Source: Mustelus asterias (Eukaryota). From it: a stretch of 64,000 nucleotides of DNA. The stretch is from positions 70,990,001 through 71,054,000 of the forward strand of contig NC_135802.1 of NCBI RefSeq assembly GCF_964213995.1. The letters are read 5' to 3'. This document shows, piece by piece, positions 12,246 to 23,751 of this stretch. The notes below the pieces were generated by a model that worked only from the letters and a program-made list of their open reading frames with translations, was not told the DNA's origin and ran no database searches. Each line of letters begins with the position of its first letter. The first letter of the stretch is position 1. A program made the position numbers and the translations under genes.

Positions 12246-13395
12246 ATAGAGTCATAACATCATAGAGGTTTACAGCATGGAAACAGGCCCTTTGGCCCAA
12301 CTTGTCCATGCCGCCCCTTTTTTTAACCCTGAAGCTAGTCCCATTTGCCCACGTTTGGCCCATATCCTTCTACACCCATCTTGCCCATGTAACTGTCCAA
12401 ATGCTTTTTAAAAGATAAAATTGTACCGCCTCGACTACTACCTCTGGCAGCTCATTCCGGACACTCTCCACCCTCTGTGTGAAAAAATTGCCCTTCTGGA
12501 CCCTTTTGTATCTCTCCCCTCTCACCTTAAACCTATGCCCTCCAGTTTCAGACTCCCCTACCTTTGGGAAAAGATATTGACTATCTAGCTGATCTATGCC
12601 CCTCATTATTTTATAGACCTCTATAAGGTCACCGCTAAGCCTCCTACACTCCAGAGAAAAATGTCCCAGTCTATCCAGCCTTTCCTTATAACTCAAACCA
12701 TCAAGTCCCAGTAGTATCCTAGTAAATCTTTTCTGCACTCTTCCTAATGTAATAATATCCTTTCTATAATAGGGTGACCAGAACTGTAGACAGTATTCCA
12801 AATGTGGCCTTACCAATGTCTTGTACAACTTCAACAAGACATCCCAACTCCTGACATCCCAATGTCCTGACCAATGAAACGAAGCATGCCGAATCCCTTC
12901 TTCTCCACTCTGTCCACCTGTGACTCCACTTTCAAGGAGCTATGAACCTGTACCTCCAGATCTCTTTGTTCTATAACTCTTCCCAACACCCTACCATTAA
13001 CTGAGTAAGTCCTGCCCTGATTCGATCTACCAAAATGCATCACCTCGCATTTATCTAAATTAAACTCCATCTGCCATTCGTCAGCGCACTGGCCCAATTG
13101 ATCAAGATCCTGTTGCAATCCTAGATAACCTTGTTCACTGTCCACTATGCCACCAATCTTGGTGTCATCTGCAAACTTATTAACCATGCCTACTAAATTC
13201 TCATCGAAATCATGAATATAAATGACAAATAATAGTGGATGTAGCACCAATCCCTGAGGCACACCGCTGGTCACAAGCCTCCAGTTTGAAAAACAACCCT
13301 CTACAACCACCCTCTGTCTTCTGTCATCAAGCCAATTTTGTATCCATTTGGCTACCTCACCCTGGATCCTGTGAGATTTAACCTTATGCAACAAC
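12246..13395 (-). mobile_element. CR1 LINE, 5'-truncated, frameshifted RT
   Basis: ORFs 12831-13397 (SGVPQG, KFADDTK) and 12370-12837; same subfamily as 36897-38245. Confidence 0.95.
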
Positions 13396-14437
13396 ACTAA
13401 CGTGTCAGGAAACAGGAGACTCTACTCCAATGTGACGCCATAACCCAATGTCACATGATCCAATGTCAGATCTCACGCAAACAATACTAAAACAAAACTC
13501 CAGATTTTAAACATGAATGCAGGCCCTTTTAACTGACCGTGTTGAAGCAGAACAACTGAAAATGGTGCAATTTAAAACGGGGACTTACTGCAATTCCAAA
13601 TCATGTATCCAAACTAAAGTGATTGTAAGGTGGCCTAGCATCTGCTAAATTGAACACTATGCAGCAGCAGTCAGAAGTGGTAACTGTGACTCTATGATAA
13701 TCAGTCTGGAGATTCTCCTCAAATCGATCTTGTGTTCACTGTATGAATAATGAAGGATCAGAAGCAAACACATGAATCACACAGCTGCCATGTCTCTAGT
13801 TCCATTATTTTCAATTTAAGTGGCAACAGCATGAAGAGTGGGTTATTGGAGGCAAGTTCATGATTGCCATCTATTTTAATGAGGGTGGAGCTATTATAAT
13901 TACTTTAAAGCTGTTTTTGGCAAGTCCCAGGAAATTACGTTGTGTAAGTCACTCATCGTACAATTCCCTGGAACAACTGTGCTGGAATATTGCTGCAAGT
14001 TTTCAACAAATTCCAAAACTATGATTCTCTGAAACTATATAGCGTCTCACTGATGCTCTAAAATTCAATGAACTTTTCCAGTTAAAATGTATTTTTTCCT
14101 GGCAGAATGTCATTTTATTGTGGTTATAATAGTGGCTCAATAACCAGCAGTTAGTTTGTTCTCTATGTAATTAATTTTATAAATGTGTGGGATGAAGGCA
14201 GGACCAATGTTTTTTGCCCATCCTTCATTGCTCTTGAGAAGGTGGTGGTGAGCTGCCTTCTTTAAGATAGTTGCATGGGGCGGCTCCCGTGGACCCCCTG
14301 TATTCCACCGAGCCCGGATTGGGAACTCCTGCACTATTTTATCATACCTCCAAATGTTCTTATCATTCTTTTGCTTTTGTAACTGCTAACATTGAAAGCT
14401 AAGTGTCAACAGTGGAAAAAATACTTGAAGGCTAAAT

Positions 14438-16946
14438 ATAAGAACATAAGAACATAAGAAATAGGAGCAGGAGTAGGCCATCTAGCCCCTCGAGCCTGCC
14501 CCGCCATTCAATAAGATCATGGCTGATCTGACGTGGATCAGTACCACTTACCCGCCTGATCCCCATAACCCTTAATTCCCTTACCGATCAGGAATCCATC
14601 CATCCGCGCTTTAAACATATTCAGCGAGGTAGCCTCCACCACCTCAGTGGGCAGAGAATTCCAGAGATTCACCACCCTCTGGGAGAAGAAGTTCCTCCTC
14701 AACTCTGTCTTAAACCGACCCCCCTTTATTTTGAGGCTGTGTCCTCTAGTTTTAACTTCCTTACTAAGTGGAAAGAATCTCTCCGCCTCCACCCTATCCA
14801 GCCCCCGCATTATCTTATAAGTCTCCATAAGATCCCCCCTCATCCTTCTAAACTCCAACGAGTACAAACCCAATCTCCTCAGCCTCTCCTCATAATCCAA
14901 ACCCCTCATCTCCGGTATCAACCTGGTGAACCTTCTCTGCACTCCCTCCAATGCCAATATATCCTTCCTCATATAAGGGGACCAATACTGCACACAGTAT
15001 TCCAGCTGCGGCCTCACCAATGCCCTGTACAGGTGCATCAAGACATCCCTGCTTTTATATTCTATCCCCTTCGCAATATAGGCCAACATCCCATTTGCCT
15101 TCTTGATCACCTGTTGTACCTGCAGACTGGGCTTTTGCGTCTCATGCACAAGGACCCCCAGGTCCCTTTGCACGGTAGCATGTTTTAATTTGTTTCCATT
15201 GAGATAGTAATCCCATTTGTTATTATTTCCTCCAAAGTGTATAACCTCGCATTTCTCAACGTTATACTCCATTTGCCATATCCTCGCCCACTCACTCAGC
15301 CTGTCCAAATCTCTCTGCAGATCTTCTCCGTCCTCCACACGATTCACTTTTCCACTTATCTTTGTGTCGTCTGCAAACTTCGTTACCCTACACTCCGTCC
15401 CCTCCTCCAGATCATCTATATAAATGGTAAATAGTTGCGGCCCGAGTACCGATCCCTGCGGCACGCCACTAGTTACCTTCCTCCAACCGGAAAAACACCC
15501 ATTTATTCCGACTCTTTGCTTCCTGTCGGATAGCCAGTCCCCAATCCACTTTAACACACTACCCCCAACTCCGTGTGCCCTAATCTTCTTCAGTAGCCTT
15601 TTATGGGGCACCTTATCAAACGCCTTTTGGAAATCCAAAAACACCGCATCCACCGGTTCTCCTCCATCAACCGCCCTAGTCACATCTTCATAAAAATCCA
15701 ACATGTTCGTCAAGCACGACTTTCCCCTCATGAATCCATGCTGCGTCTGATTGATCGAACCATTTCTATCCAGATGCCCTGCTATCTCCTCTTTAATAAT
15801 GGATTCCAGCATTTTCCCTACTACAGATGTTAAGCTGACCGGCCTATAGTTACCCGCCTTTTGTCTCCTTCCTTTTTTAAACAGCGGCGTAACATTAGCC
15901 GTTTTCCAATCAACCGGCACTACCCCAGAATGCAACGAGTTTTGATAAATAATCACTAACGCATCCACTATTACCTCTGACATTTCTTTCAATACCCTGG
16001 GATGCATTCCATCCGGACCCGGGGACTTATCCACCTTCAGTCCCATTAGTCTACCCAGCACTGCCTCTCTGGTAACATTAATTGTATTAAGTATTTCTCC
16101 TGCTGCCAACCCTCTATCGTTAATATTTGGCAAACTATTTGTGTCCTCCACCGTGAAGACCGACACAAAAAACTTATTTAAAGACTCAGCCATATCCTCA
16201 TTTCCCACTATTAACTCCCCCCTCTCGTCCTCCAAGGGTCCAACATTCACTCTAGCCACTCTATTCCTTTTTATATATTTATAAAAACTTTTACTATCAT
16301 TTTTTATATTAATTGCTAGCCTAGCTTCATAGTCTATCCTTCCTTTCTTTATCACTTTCTTAGTCTCTCTTTGTTGTTTCTTAAATTTTTCCCAATCACT
16401 TGTTTCTCCACTATTTTTGGCCACTCTGTACGCAGCTGTTTTTATTTTAATACTCTCCTTTATTTCCTTCGTTATCCACGGCTGGTTCTCCCTTTTCTTA
16501 CAATCCTTGTTTTTTGCTGGAATATATTTTTGCTGAGAACTGAAAAGGATCTCCTTAAAAATCCTCCACTGTTCCTCAGCTATCCTACCTGCCAGCCTGC
16601 TCTCCCAGTCTACCTTAGCCAATTCATCCCTCATCCTATCATATTTCCCTCTGTTCAAACAGAGGACACTGGTTTGGGACCAAACTTTCTCCTCTTCCAT
16701 CTGAATCAGAAATTCGACCATATTGTGGTCACTAGACCCAAGAGGGTCCTTCACAATAAGATCCTTAATTCTACCTACCTCGTTACACAATACCAGATCC
16801 AAAATAGCTCGTTCCCTCGTCGGTTCCGTAACATGCTGTTCAAGGAAACTATCCCGACAGCATTCTAAGAACTCTTCCTCCATTCCACCCTTACCGACTT
16901 GAGTCTGCCAGTCAATGTGCATGTTGAAGTCCCCCATGATTATTGC
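14438..16946 (-). mobile_element. Young CR1 LINE, 5'-truncated within the endonuclease
   Basis: (TTCTTATG)n 3' tail; uninterrupted ORF2; CpG retained. Confidence 0.97.
14538..16945 (-). CDS. CR1 ORF2 fragment (C-terminal APE endonuclease plus complete RT), open about 800 codons
   Basis: GDFN, LDLVL, SDHN, NYRPVSLTS, QHGF, LDFQKAFD, GVPQGSVLGP, KFADDTK; the N-terminal residues of the ORF-track call are flanking DNA. Confidence 0.92.
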
Positions 16947-17560
16947 AAATAATAACTGTCTGTGTGGGTTACGACTACCACTAGTCAACCGCTGTCCATC
17001 AGAGGTGACAATAGTTTGTCAGTGCAAGAGCTGTCCAATGTTTGGCATGGTATCACCATGACAACGACCTGTCTCTTTCTCCAGGGAGTCTCAGTCTATA
17101 GCATTGCTGTCATCCCCTATCTGGGTCATCACACTTCCTGCTACATGTCACATGCAAATAATCCTTAGCTTTCCTTTTCTATTTTCCTTTACTTCTTTCT
17201 GTATCTGAGGGCAGCTTCTGCAAAAAAAAACTTGCAATGTGGCTCAGGAATCATTTAAGCTTCGCTATTTACTGATTAGTTCTGCTCTGTCTTTTCTGGT
17301 ACATTTTGATGCATTCTCTTACTTTAACTTGCAACATATCACATCCAATTTCTTTCTTTTTGGTGACTCCTCTAGCCTGTTTCTTTTTCTTTTCTGTCAA
17401 ATATCCTTGTTTTTCCCTCTATCTGTTCTTCGTACACCAAAATATATCAGTTGCTACCTGGCTGACTTGATTTTAGTTTTCCATCTGCTACTCCTTGTTT
17501 CAGGGGATGTGGGCATCAGAGGCTGGGCGAGGATTTGTTGCCCATCCCAAATTGCCCTTC

Positions 17561-18113
17561 AACTCTGGTGCGGCCGCACTTGGAGTACTGTGTGCAGTTC
17601 TGGTCCCCACATTACAGGAAGGATGTGGAGGCTTTGGAGAGGGTGCAGAGGAGGTTTACCAGGATGTTGCCTGGTATGGAGGGGAGATCCTATGAGGAGA
17701 GGCTGAGGGATTTGGGATTGTTTTCGCTGGAAAGGCGGCGGCTAAGAGGGGATCTTATTGAAACATATAAGATGATTAGAGGTTTAGATAGGGTGGATAG
17801 TGATAGCCTTTTTCCTCTGATGGAGAAATCCAGCACGAGGGGGCATGGCTTTAAATTGAGGGGGGGTAGTTATAGAACCGATGTCAGGGGTAGGTTCTTT
17901 ACCCAGAGGGTGGTGAGGGATTGGAATGCCCTGCCAGCATCAGTAGTAAATGTGCCTAGTTTGGGGGCGTTTAAGAGATCCGTAGATAGGTTCATGGACG
18001 AAAAGAAATTGGTTTAGGTTGGAGGGTCACAGTTTTTTTTTTAACTGGTCGGTGCAACATCGTGGGCCGAAGGGCCTGTTCTGCGCTGTAATGTTCTATG
18101 TTCTATGTTCTAT
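17561..18113 (+). mobile_element. Young CR1 3' fragment inserted into an older interspersed repeat
   Basis: LVRPHLEYCVQFWSP...; (ATGTTCT)n tail; the host repeat continues on both sides (17505-17560, 18114-18189, 22674-22710). Confidence 0.92.
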
Positions 18114-18189
18114 AAGTGGCTTGCTCGGCCATTTCAGAAGACAATTAAAAGTCAAGTACATTGCTGTAGGCCATATCAGGTAAGGATGA

Positions 18190-18434
18190 TGATGCGCTAT
18201 CAACAAGGCGAAAGACTACCTCTGTGCCAATACAAGTGTAGGCTTTTATTCACAACAGAATCAGGAGCAGATCCCAACAAATAACCGACCTGGACTGAAC
18301 AAGGGGGAGGAGACAGCCACCTTTATACTAGGTGCCGAGGGGAGAAACCAAACCGGAGGGGGATGAGTCCAGGTATGACAAACACACACAACGGTGGTCC
18401 AAATAGGACAAAGGCACAACTGAGGTCCACCACA
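18190..18434 (-). repeat. 3' LTR
   Basis: Direct repeat of 22429-22673. Confidence 0.97.
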
Positions 18435-18449
18435 TTCACCCCTTCCTTT
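18435..18449 (-). other. Polypurine tract
   Basis: Minus strand AAAGGAAGGGGTGAA immediately before the 3' LTR. Confidence 0.85.
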
Positions 18450-18484
18450 AAAAAAAACAACACGGGGGTGAAGCGGAAACAATA

Positions 18485-20251
18485 TTACAAGTCCAGACGA
18501 ACCGGTGGTTTGATCCGCCGTCGCGGTCGTCGTAGTGCAGGTCGCAGAGTCGTCCGATCAGGGAGCGATGTCGGCCCAGGCTCCGTACAGTGAGCGTCAA
18601 GAGAAGGCGCCAGGTGGTGTGAAGCGGACCGATCCGTCGTCCCGTCCAGTCGTCGGGTACTGCGTGGCGACGGCTCCGGCGACTCAAGCGAGCTGTACAC
18701 AGGGGCGAGAGGAGTGAGCAGTGGCCCTGGTGGCGTATGGGGAACAGTGGGAACCGGAGCTGGGGGGTGGGGGGCTGCAACAGGCTCTGGGCGCACTACA
18801 TTGGAGACAGGGACTGAGGGAGGAAGAGGCGCAGCAATCTCCGAGTGGACAACACCAGGGACCGTGGGGCAGAAGTCACGGACAGAAACCGTGTCCTCCC
18901 GCCCATCAGGGTACGCTACATAAGCGTATTGAGGATTAACGTGGATCAATTGGACCTCCTCGACCAAGGGATCTGCCTTATGGGTCCGGACATGCTTCCG
19001 AAGCAGGACGGGCCCCGGGGACATCAGCCAATCCGGGAGCGAAGTACCCGAGGAGGACTTCCTGGGAAACGAAAACATCCACTCGTGAGGGGTCGTATTG
19101 GTCGCTGTGCACAAGAGTGACCTAATTGAATGTAATGCGTCCGGAAGGACGTCTTGCCAATGGCTGACTGGAAGGCCCCTAGACCGTAGCGCTAATAGAA
19201 TGGCCTTCCAGACGGTTGCGTTCTCCCGCTCTACTTGACCATTGCCCCTGGGGTTATAGCTAGTGGTGCGGCTGGAGGCAACGCCTTTGGCGAGCAGGTA
19301 CTGCCTCAGCTCGTCACTCATGAAAGAGGACCCACGATCGCTATGAACATAGGCTGGGAAGCCGAATAGGGTGAAGAGCGTGGTCAGGGTCCGAATCACT
19401 GTAGCCGTGGTCATGTCCGAGCAGGGGAAGGCAAAAGGGAAACGTGAGTATTCGTCAATGATATTCAGGAAATAAACATTGCGGTTAGAGGAGGGGAGGG
19501 AGCCTTTAAAATCAATGCTAAGGCGCTCAAACGCGCGAGTGGCCTTTACAAGGTGCGCCCTACCTGGCCGGTAGAACTGCGGTTTGAACTCAGTGCAGAC
19601 CCTGCATTGCCTGGTAATCGTCCGAACTTCCTCGAGGGAGTAGGGCAGGTTATGGGACTTGACAAAGTGGAAAAATCTGGTGACAACCGGATGACAGAGG
19701 TCGTTATGGAGGGACTGTAGCTGGTCTAGTTGGGCGCTGGCACATGATCCACGGGACAGGGCATCTGGGGGCTCATTGAGCTTCCCGGGCCGGTACATGA
19801 TGTCATATCTGTAGGTGGAGAGCTCAATCCTCCACCGCAAGATCTTGTCATTCTTAATCTTGCCCTTTTGCCTGGTGTTAAACAGGAAGGCAACTGACCG
19901 CTGGTCCGTAATTAAGGTGAATCGTTGGCCCGCAAGATAATGGCGCCAGTGCTGGACGGCTTCCACGATGGCCTGGGCCTCCTTCTCGACCGAGGAGTGT
20001 CGAATCTCAGGGCCTTGTAAGGTCCGGGAAAAGAAGGCCACCGGACGGCCCCTTTGGTTAAGGGTGGCGGCTAGGGCAAAGTCAGATGCATCACTTTCCA
20101 CTTGGAATGGGATGGATTCGTCCACAGCATGCATCGCGGCCTTCGCGATGTCCGCTTTGATGTCGTTGAAGGCCCGACGGGCCTCCTCTGCCAGGGGAAA
20201 AGAGGTCGATTTTAGAAGCGGACGGGCTTTAATGGGGAACCCACTGGGCAT
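18485..20251 (-). pseudogene. pol: Gypsy pol: RT connection, RNase H and integrase (frameshifted from RT)
   Basis: ESDASDFA, VEKEAQA, TDQRS, PPDALSR; H..H..CRVC; IDFKG / HSDRGSSF / NGQVERE DDE motifs. Confidence 0.92.
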
Positions 20252-20273
20252 AGTAGGAGAAGAAGCCCAGGCA

Positions 20274-21005
20274 TCACCTCAGTGCTTTGAGGGTAGTAGG
20301 GAGGGGAAGCTGCATAAGGGGACGCATACGGGCTGGGTCGGGGCCAAGGACACCATTTTCTATCATGTACCCAAGTATGGCGAGGCGGCGTGTCCGGAAA
20401 ACACACTTCGCCTCATTATATGTGAGGTTCAGGAGAGTGGCCGTACGAAGGAATTTTTGTAGGTTGGCATCATGGTCCTGCAGGTCATGGCCGCAGATGG
20501 TGAGGTTATCCAGATACGGGAAAGTGGCCCGTAGCCCGTGCTGGTCTACCATTTGATCCATGGCCCGCTGGAAGACTGAGACCCCATTGGTGACACCAAA
20601 GGGGACTCGGAGGAACTGGTAGAGGCGGCCGTCCGCCTCAAAGGCAGTATATGGGCGATCCTCCGAGCGGATAGGGAGCTGGTGGTAAGCCGATTTCAAA
20701 TCGATCGTAGAGAAAACCCTATAGTGCGCGATGCGGTTGACTATGTCCGCGATACGGGGAAGAGGGTACGCATCTAGTTGGGTATACCTGTTTATGGTCT
20801 GGCTGTCGTCAATCACCATGCGATGTTTCTCCCCCGATTTAACTACGACCACTTGCGCCCTCCAGGGGCTGGTGCTGGCCTGGATAATCCCTTCCCTGAG
20901 CAAGCATTGTACCTCGGACCGAATGAAGGCCCGGTCATCCGCACTATAGCGCCTACTTTTGGTAGCTATAGGCCTACAATCCGGGGTGAGGTTATCAAAT
21001 AAGGG
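20274..21005 (-). pseudogene. pol: Gypsy reverse transcriptase core
   Basis: SPWRAQVVVV, DAYPLPRI, IDLKSAYHQL, TAF, PFGVTNG, YLDN; frameshift at the G-run near 21003-21011. Confidence 0.92.
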
Positions 21006-21678
21006 GGGGGGTGATCTTGAGGGTCGAGAGACTGCAGGTGGTGCGCGAGGGGCGCTGCAGTGACGGCACCTTGCAGACAGAGAGCGGGGGATAAGGGCCA
21101 TCGTACTGCAGGGTGACGCTCCTATGATGGCTGAGGAAATCTAACCCCAGCAGTACAGCTGCGCAGAGTCGCGGCAGCACGAGGAGGCGAAATCGCTCGT
21201 AGACTGTGCCCTGTACCGTCAGCGTCACCAAACAGCACCCGAGGACCTCCACTGAGTGGGAATTCGAGGCCATGGAGATGGTCTGGCTCCAGGGTCGCAC
21301 GGGAAGGGCATATTGACGCACTGTGCGAGGGTGTATAAAACTTTCTGTGCTCCCACAGTCGAACAGGCAGTTTTCTGCATGATCATTTACCTTGATCTCC
21401 ATTATTGACTTGGAGAGTTGATGAGGCTGCGACTGGTCCAGGCAAATCGATGCCACCGTCGAATCCAAGAAGAATCCATCTTCGTCCCCGTCTGATGACG
21501 TCACGGATAAAGCTTCCTGCTCGGCGCGTCTTGATGCCAGTCTCAAAGATGGCGATTCCCGCGCTTCCGGTGACCGCATCAAAGATGGCGATTCCCGCAC
21601 TTCCGGTGACCGCATTAAAGATGGCGATTCGCGCGCAGCCGCCGCTGCCTTAAAGGTGGCTGCGCCCGCGGAACACAC
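21006..21678 (-). pseudogene. Gypsy gag-PR linker and aspartic protease
   Basis: CLFDCGSTESFI, VLLGLDFL. Confidence 0.85.
21545..21631. repeat. 36-bp tandem repeat, about 2.4 copies
   Basis: AAAGATGGCGATTCCCGCRCTTCCGGTGACCGCATY units start at 21545, 21581 and 21617. Confidence 0.9.
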
Positions 21679-22403
21679 GTGGCGCCACGAGGCTTCGAAA
21701 GCGGCTTTGCCCGGCAGACTTTAGCGAAGTGGCCTAGCTTACTGCATCCGGAGCAAATCGCATCCTTCGCTGGGCAGCGACGCCGAGGGTGCTTGGATAG
21801 GCCACAAAGGTAACATTTGGACCCTGCCGGAACAGCCGTCGCGGTGGAGCCGTCGATAGAATGGGATGCAGGGTAGGACCCAAGGTTGTGAGAGGCCGCC
21901 TCTAGCGTTTCAGCCATCGTGGCTGTTCTTTGGCGATCTAGGCCATCTTGTTCAAGCAGGCGCTGCCGAATGTATGTAGACTCAATGCCCGCAACGTAGG
22001 CGTCGCGGATCAGGTCCTCCGCGTTCTGAGCTGCTGTAACAGCCTTACAGTCACAAGCTCGAGCTAGGACCCGCAGGGCGCGCAGAAATTGGGCGCACAA
22101 TTCTCCTGGCTGCTGCTTGCGGGTAGTTAGGAGATGTCTGGCGTAGACCACGTTAGGGCTCTTTCGGAACTGCCCTTTTTGGAGTTCGATAGCGTCCGCG
22201 TATGTAGCAGCGTCCCGGAAGATACCGTAGACAGCTTCGCTTACCCGGGCGCGGAGCACGTGGAGTTTAGCGTCGTCGGTGTCGATAGCCGTAGCGGTGT
22301 CGACAAATGCTTCGAAGCAGTCCAACCAATGATCAAATTTATCAGAGGCTCCAACCTCTTGAGGGTCTAATGCTAACTTGTCGGGTTTTAGAAACTGCTC
22401 CAT
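21615..22403 (-). pseudogene. gag: Gypsy gag with two CCHC zinc knuckles
   Basis: ATG at 22403 (MEQFLKPDKL); CYLCGLSKHPRRRC and CSGCSKLGHFAKVC; frameshift before the protease. Confidence 0.9.
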
Positions 22404-22412
22404 GCTGGTCAA

Positions 22413-22427
22413 CTGTTGTGAATAAAA
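22413..22427 (-). promoter_or_regulatory. Non-tRNA sequence at the primer-binding position, complementary to the element's own LTR
   Basis: Minus strand TTTTATTCACAACAG starts 1 nt after the LTR end; perfect inverted repeat of 22483-22497. Confidence 0.7.
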
Positions 22428-22428
22428 T

Positions 22429-22673
22429 TGATGCGCTATCAATAAGGCGAAAGACTACCGGTATGCCAATACAAGTGTAGGCTTTTATTCACAACAGAAT
22501 CAGGAGCAGATCCCAACAAATAACCGACCTGGACTGAACAAGGGGGAGGAGACAGCCACCTTTATACTAGGTGCCAAGGGGAGGAACCAAACCGGAGGGG
22601 GATGAGTCCAGGTATGACAAACACACACAATGGTGGTCCAAATAGGACAAAGGCACAACTGAGGTCCACCACA
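22429..22673 (-). repeat. 5' LTR with TATAAA (22561-22566) and AATAAA (22484-22489) on the minus strand
   Basis: Direct repeat of 18190-18434. Confidence 0.97.
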
Positions 22674-22740
22674 GATGACAGATTCCCATCTCTAAAGGTG
22701 AGTTTTTACAAAAAATGATGATGTTTTAAATGTCAAGATT

Positions 22741-23070
22741 CATAGAATCATAGAATCCCTACAGTGCAGAAAGAGGCCATTCAACCCATCGAGTCTGCAC
22801 CGACAACAATCCCACCCAGGCCCTATCCCCATAACCCCACGTATTTACCCTGCAAACCTTCCTGACACTAAGGGGCAATTTAGCATGGCCAATGCACCTA
22901 ACCCGCACATCTTTGGAGTGTGGGAAGAAACCAGAGCACCCAGAGGAAACCCATGCAGACACGGGGAAAACGTGCAAACTCCACACAGACAGTTACCCGA
23001 AGCCAGAGTTGAACCCGGATCCCTGGCGCTGTGAGGCAACAGTGCTAACCACTGTGCCACCGTGCAGCCC
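22741..23070 (-). mobile_element. Full-length HE1-like V-SINE with CR1 tail
   Basis: Reverse complement of the 1797-2100 type; (TTCTATGA)n-like end. Confidence 0.9.
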
Positions 23071-23751
23071 AAGTTTCTATAACATTACTGAGATTAGCTT
23101 TATATTCCAGATTTATTAATTGAATTGAAATTCCACCAGAAGTTACTTTAATTAAATATGCAATATTTGTTATGGACAGGGGAAAAGCAAATTTGAACTC
23201 TTTTACGTTCTCACTGTCCATAAGAAGTGATTTAAATATTGAAATATGCATGTATCCCCAAACCCTCAGTCTGTGAGGTCAACAATTTTTTCAAGTAACT
23301 CACAGCAAACTCTCTTTAGAGTTAAACAGAGGTATTATTTATTCATGTATTCAAACCTGGAAGATGATTCCAACTTCATACACACAAACAAGCGCACAAG
23401 AGAAAGATAAGAAATAGGAGCTTTTATGGCTCTGAATAACTTTAAAGAAAAATAACCACAGATTAATTCAATTGTTTGCTGGAGTCCAGAAAGTTAGAGT
23501 CCAGTGAGGATTCCTTTATAGAGTAGTTCCAGTACAGGCAGGTTCAGCTCATTGAAATAGGAGTTACAGAATTCCTTTAAAGTTGATGGTGATGCTATAA
23601 GATGAGGTTGGTATACAGAGACTTGGCCTGTACAGGGGGCAATGGAAGGGATCTTCCAGAGAAACATGGAACCAGGGAGTCTTAGAGTTGGTGCAGGCTG
23701 TTGGTCAGCCTGGAGTGTTGCTGTGGTATTTGCAGGCTGGAGGTTCAAGAA

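Larger units (their letters stand above)
18190..22673 (-). mobile_element. Full-length Ty3/Gypsy LTR retrotransposon (Mag-like), 4484 bp
   Basis: Two 245-bp TG...CA LTRs (7 differences by my count), 5-bp TSD GATGA at 18185-18189 and 22674-22678, gag-PR-RT-RH-IN order, polypurine tract. Confidence 0.97.

Noticed and set aside
14739-16868. Plus-strand ORFs opposite CR1 ORF2
   Set aside because: Shadow ORFs on the antisense strand of a long coding sequence.
21545-21631. 36-bp repeats as a CRISPR array
   Set aside because: Head-to-tail units without spacers, inside a eukaryotic retrotransposon, with no cas genes.
18363-22370. Plus-strand ORFs inside the Gypsy element, and a possible env gene
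   Set aside because: GC-rich antisense shadows; the integrase frame ends about 50 bp before the 3' LTR, leaving no room for env.
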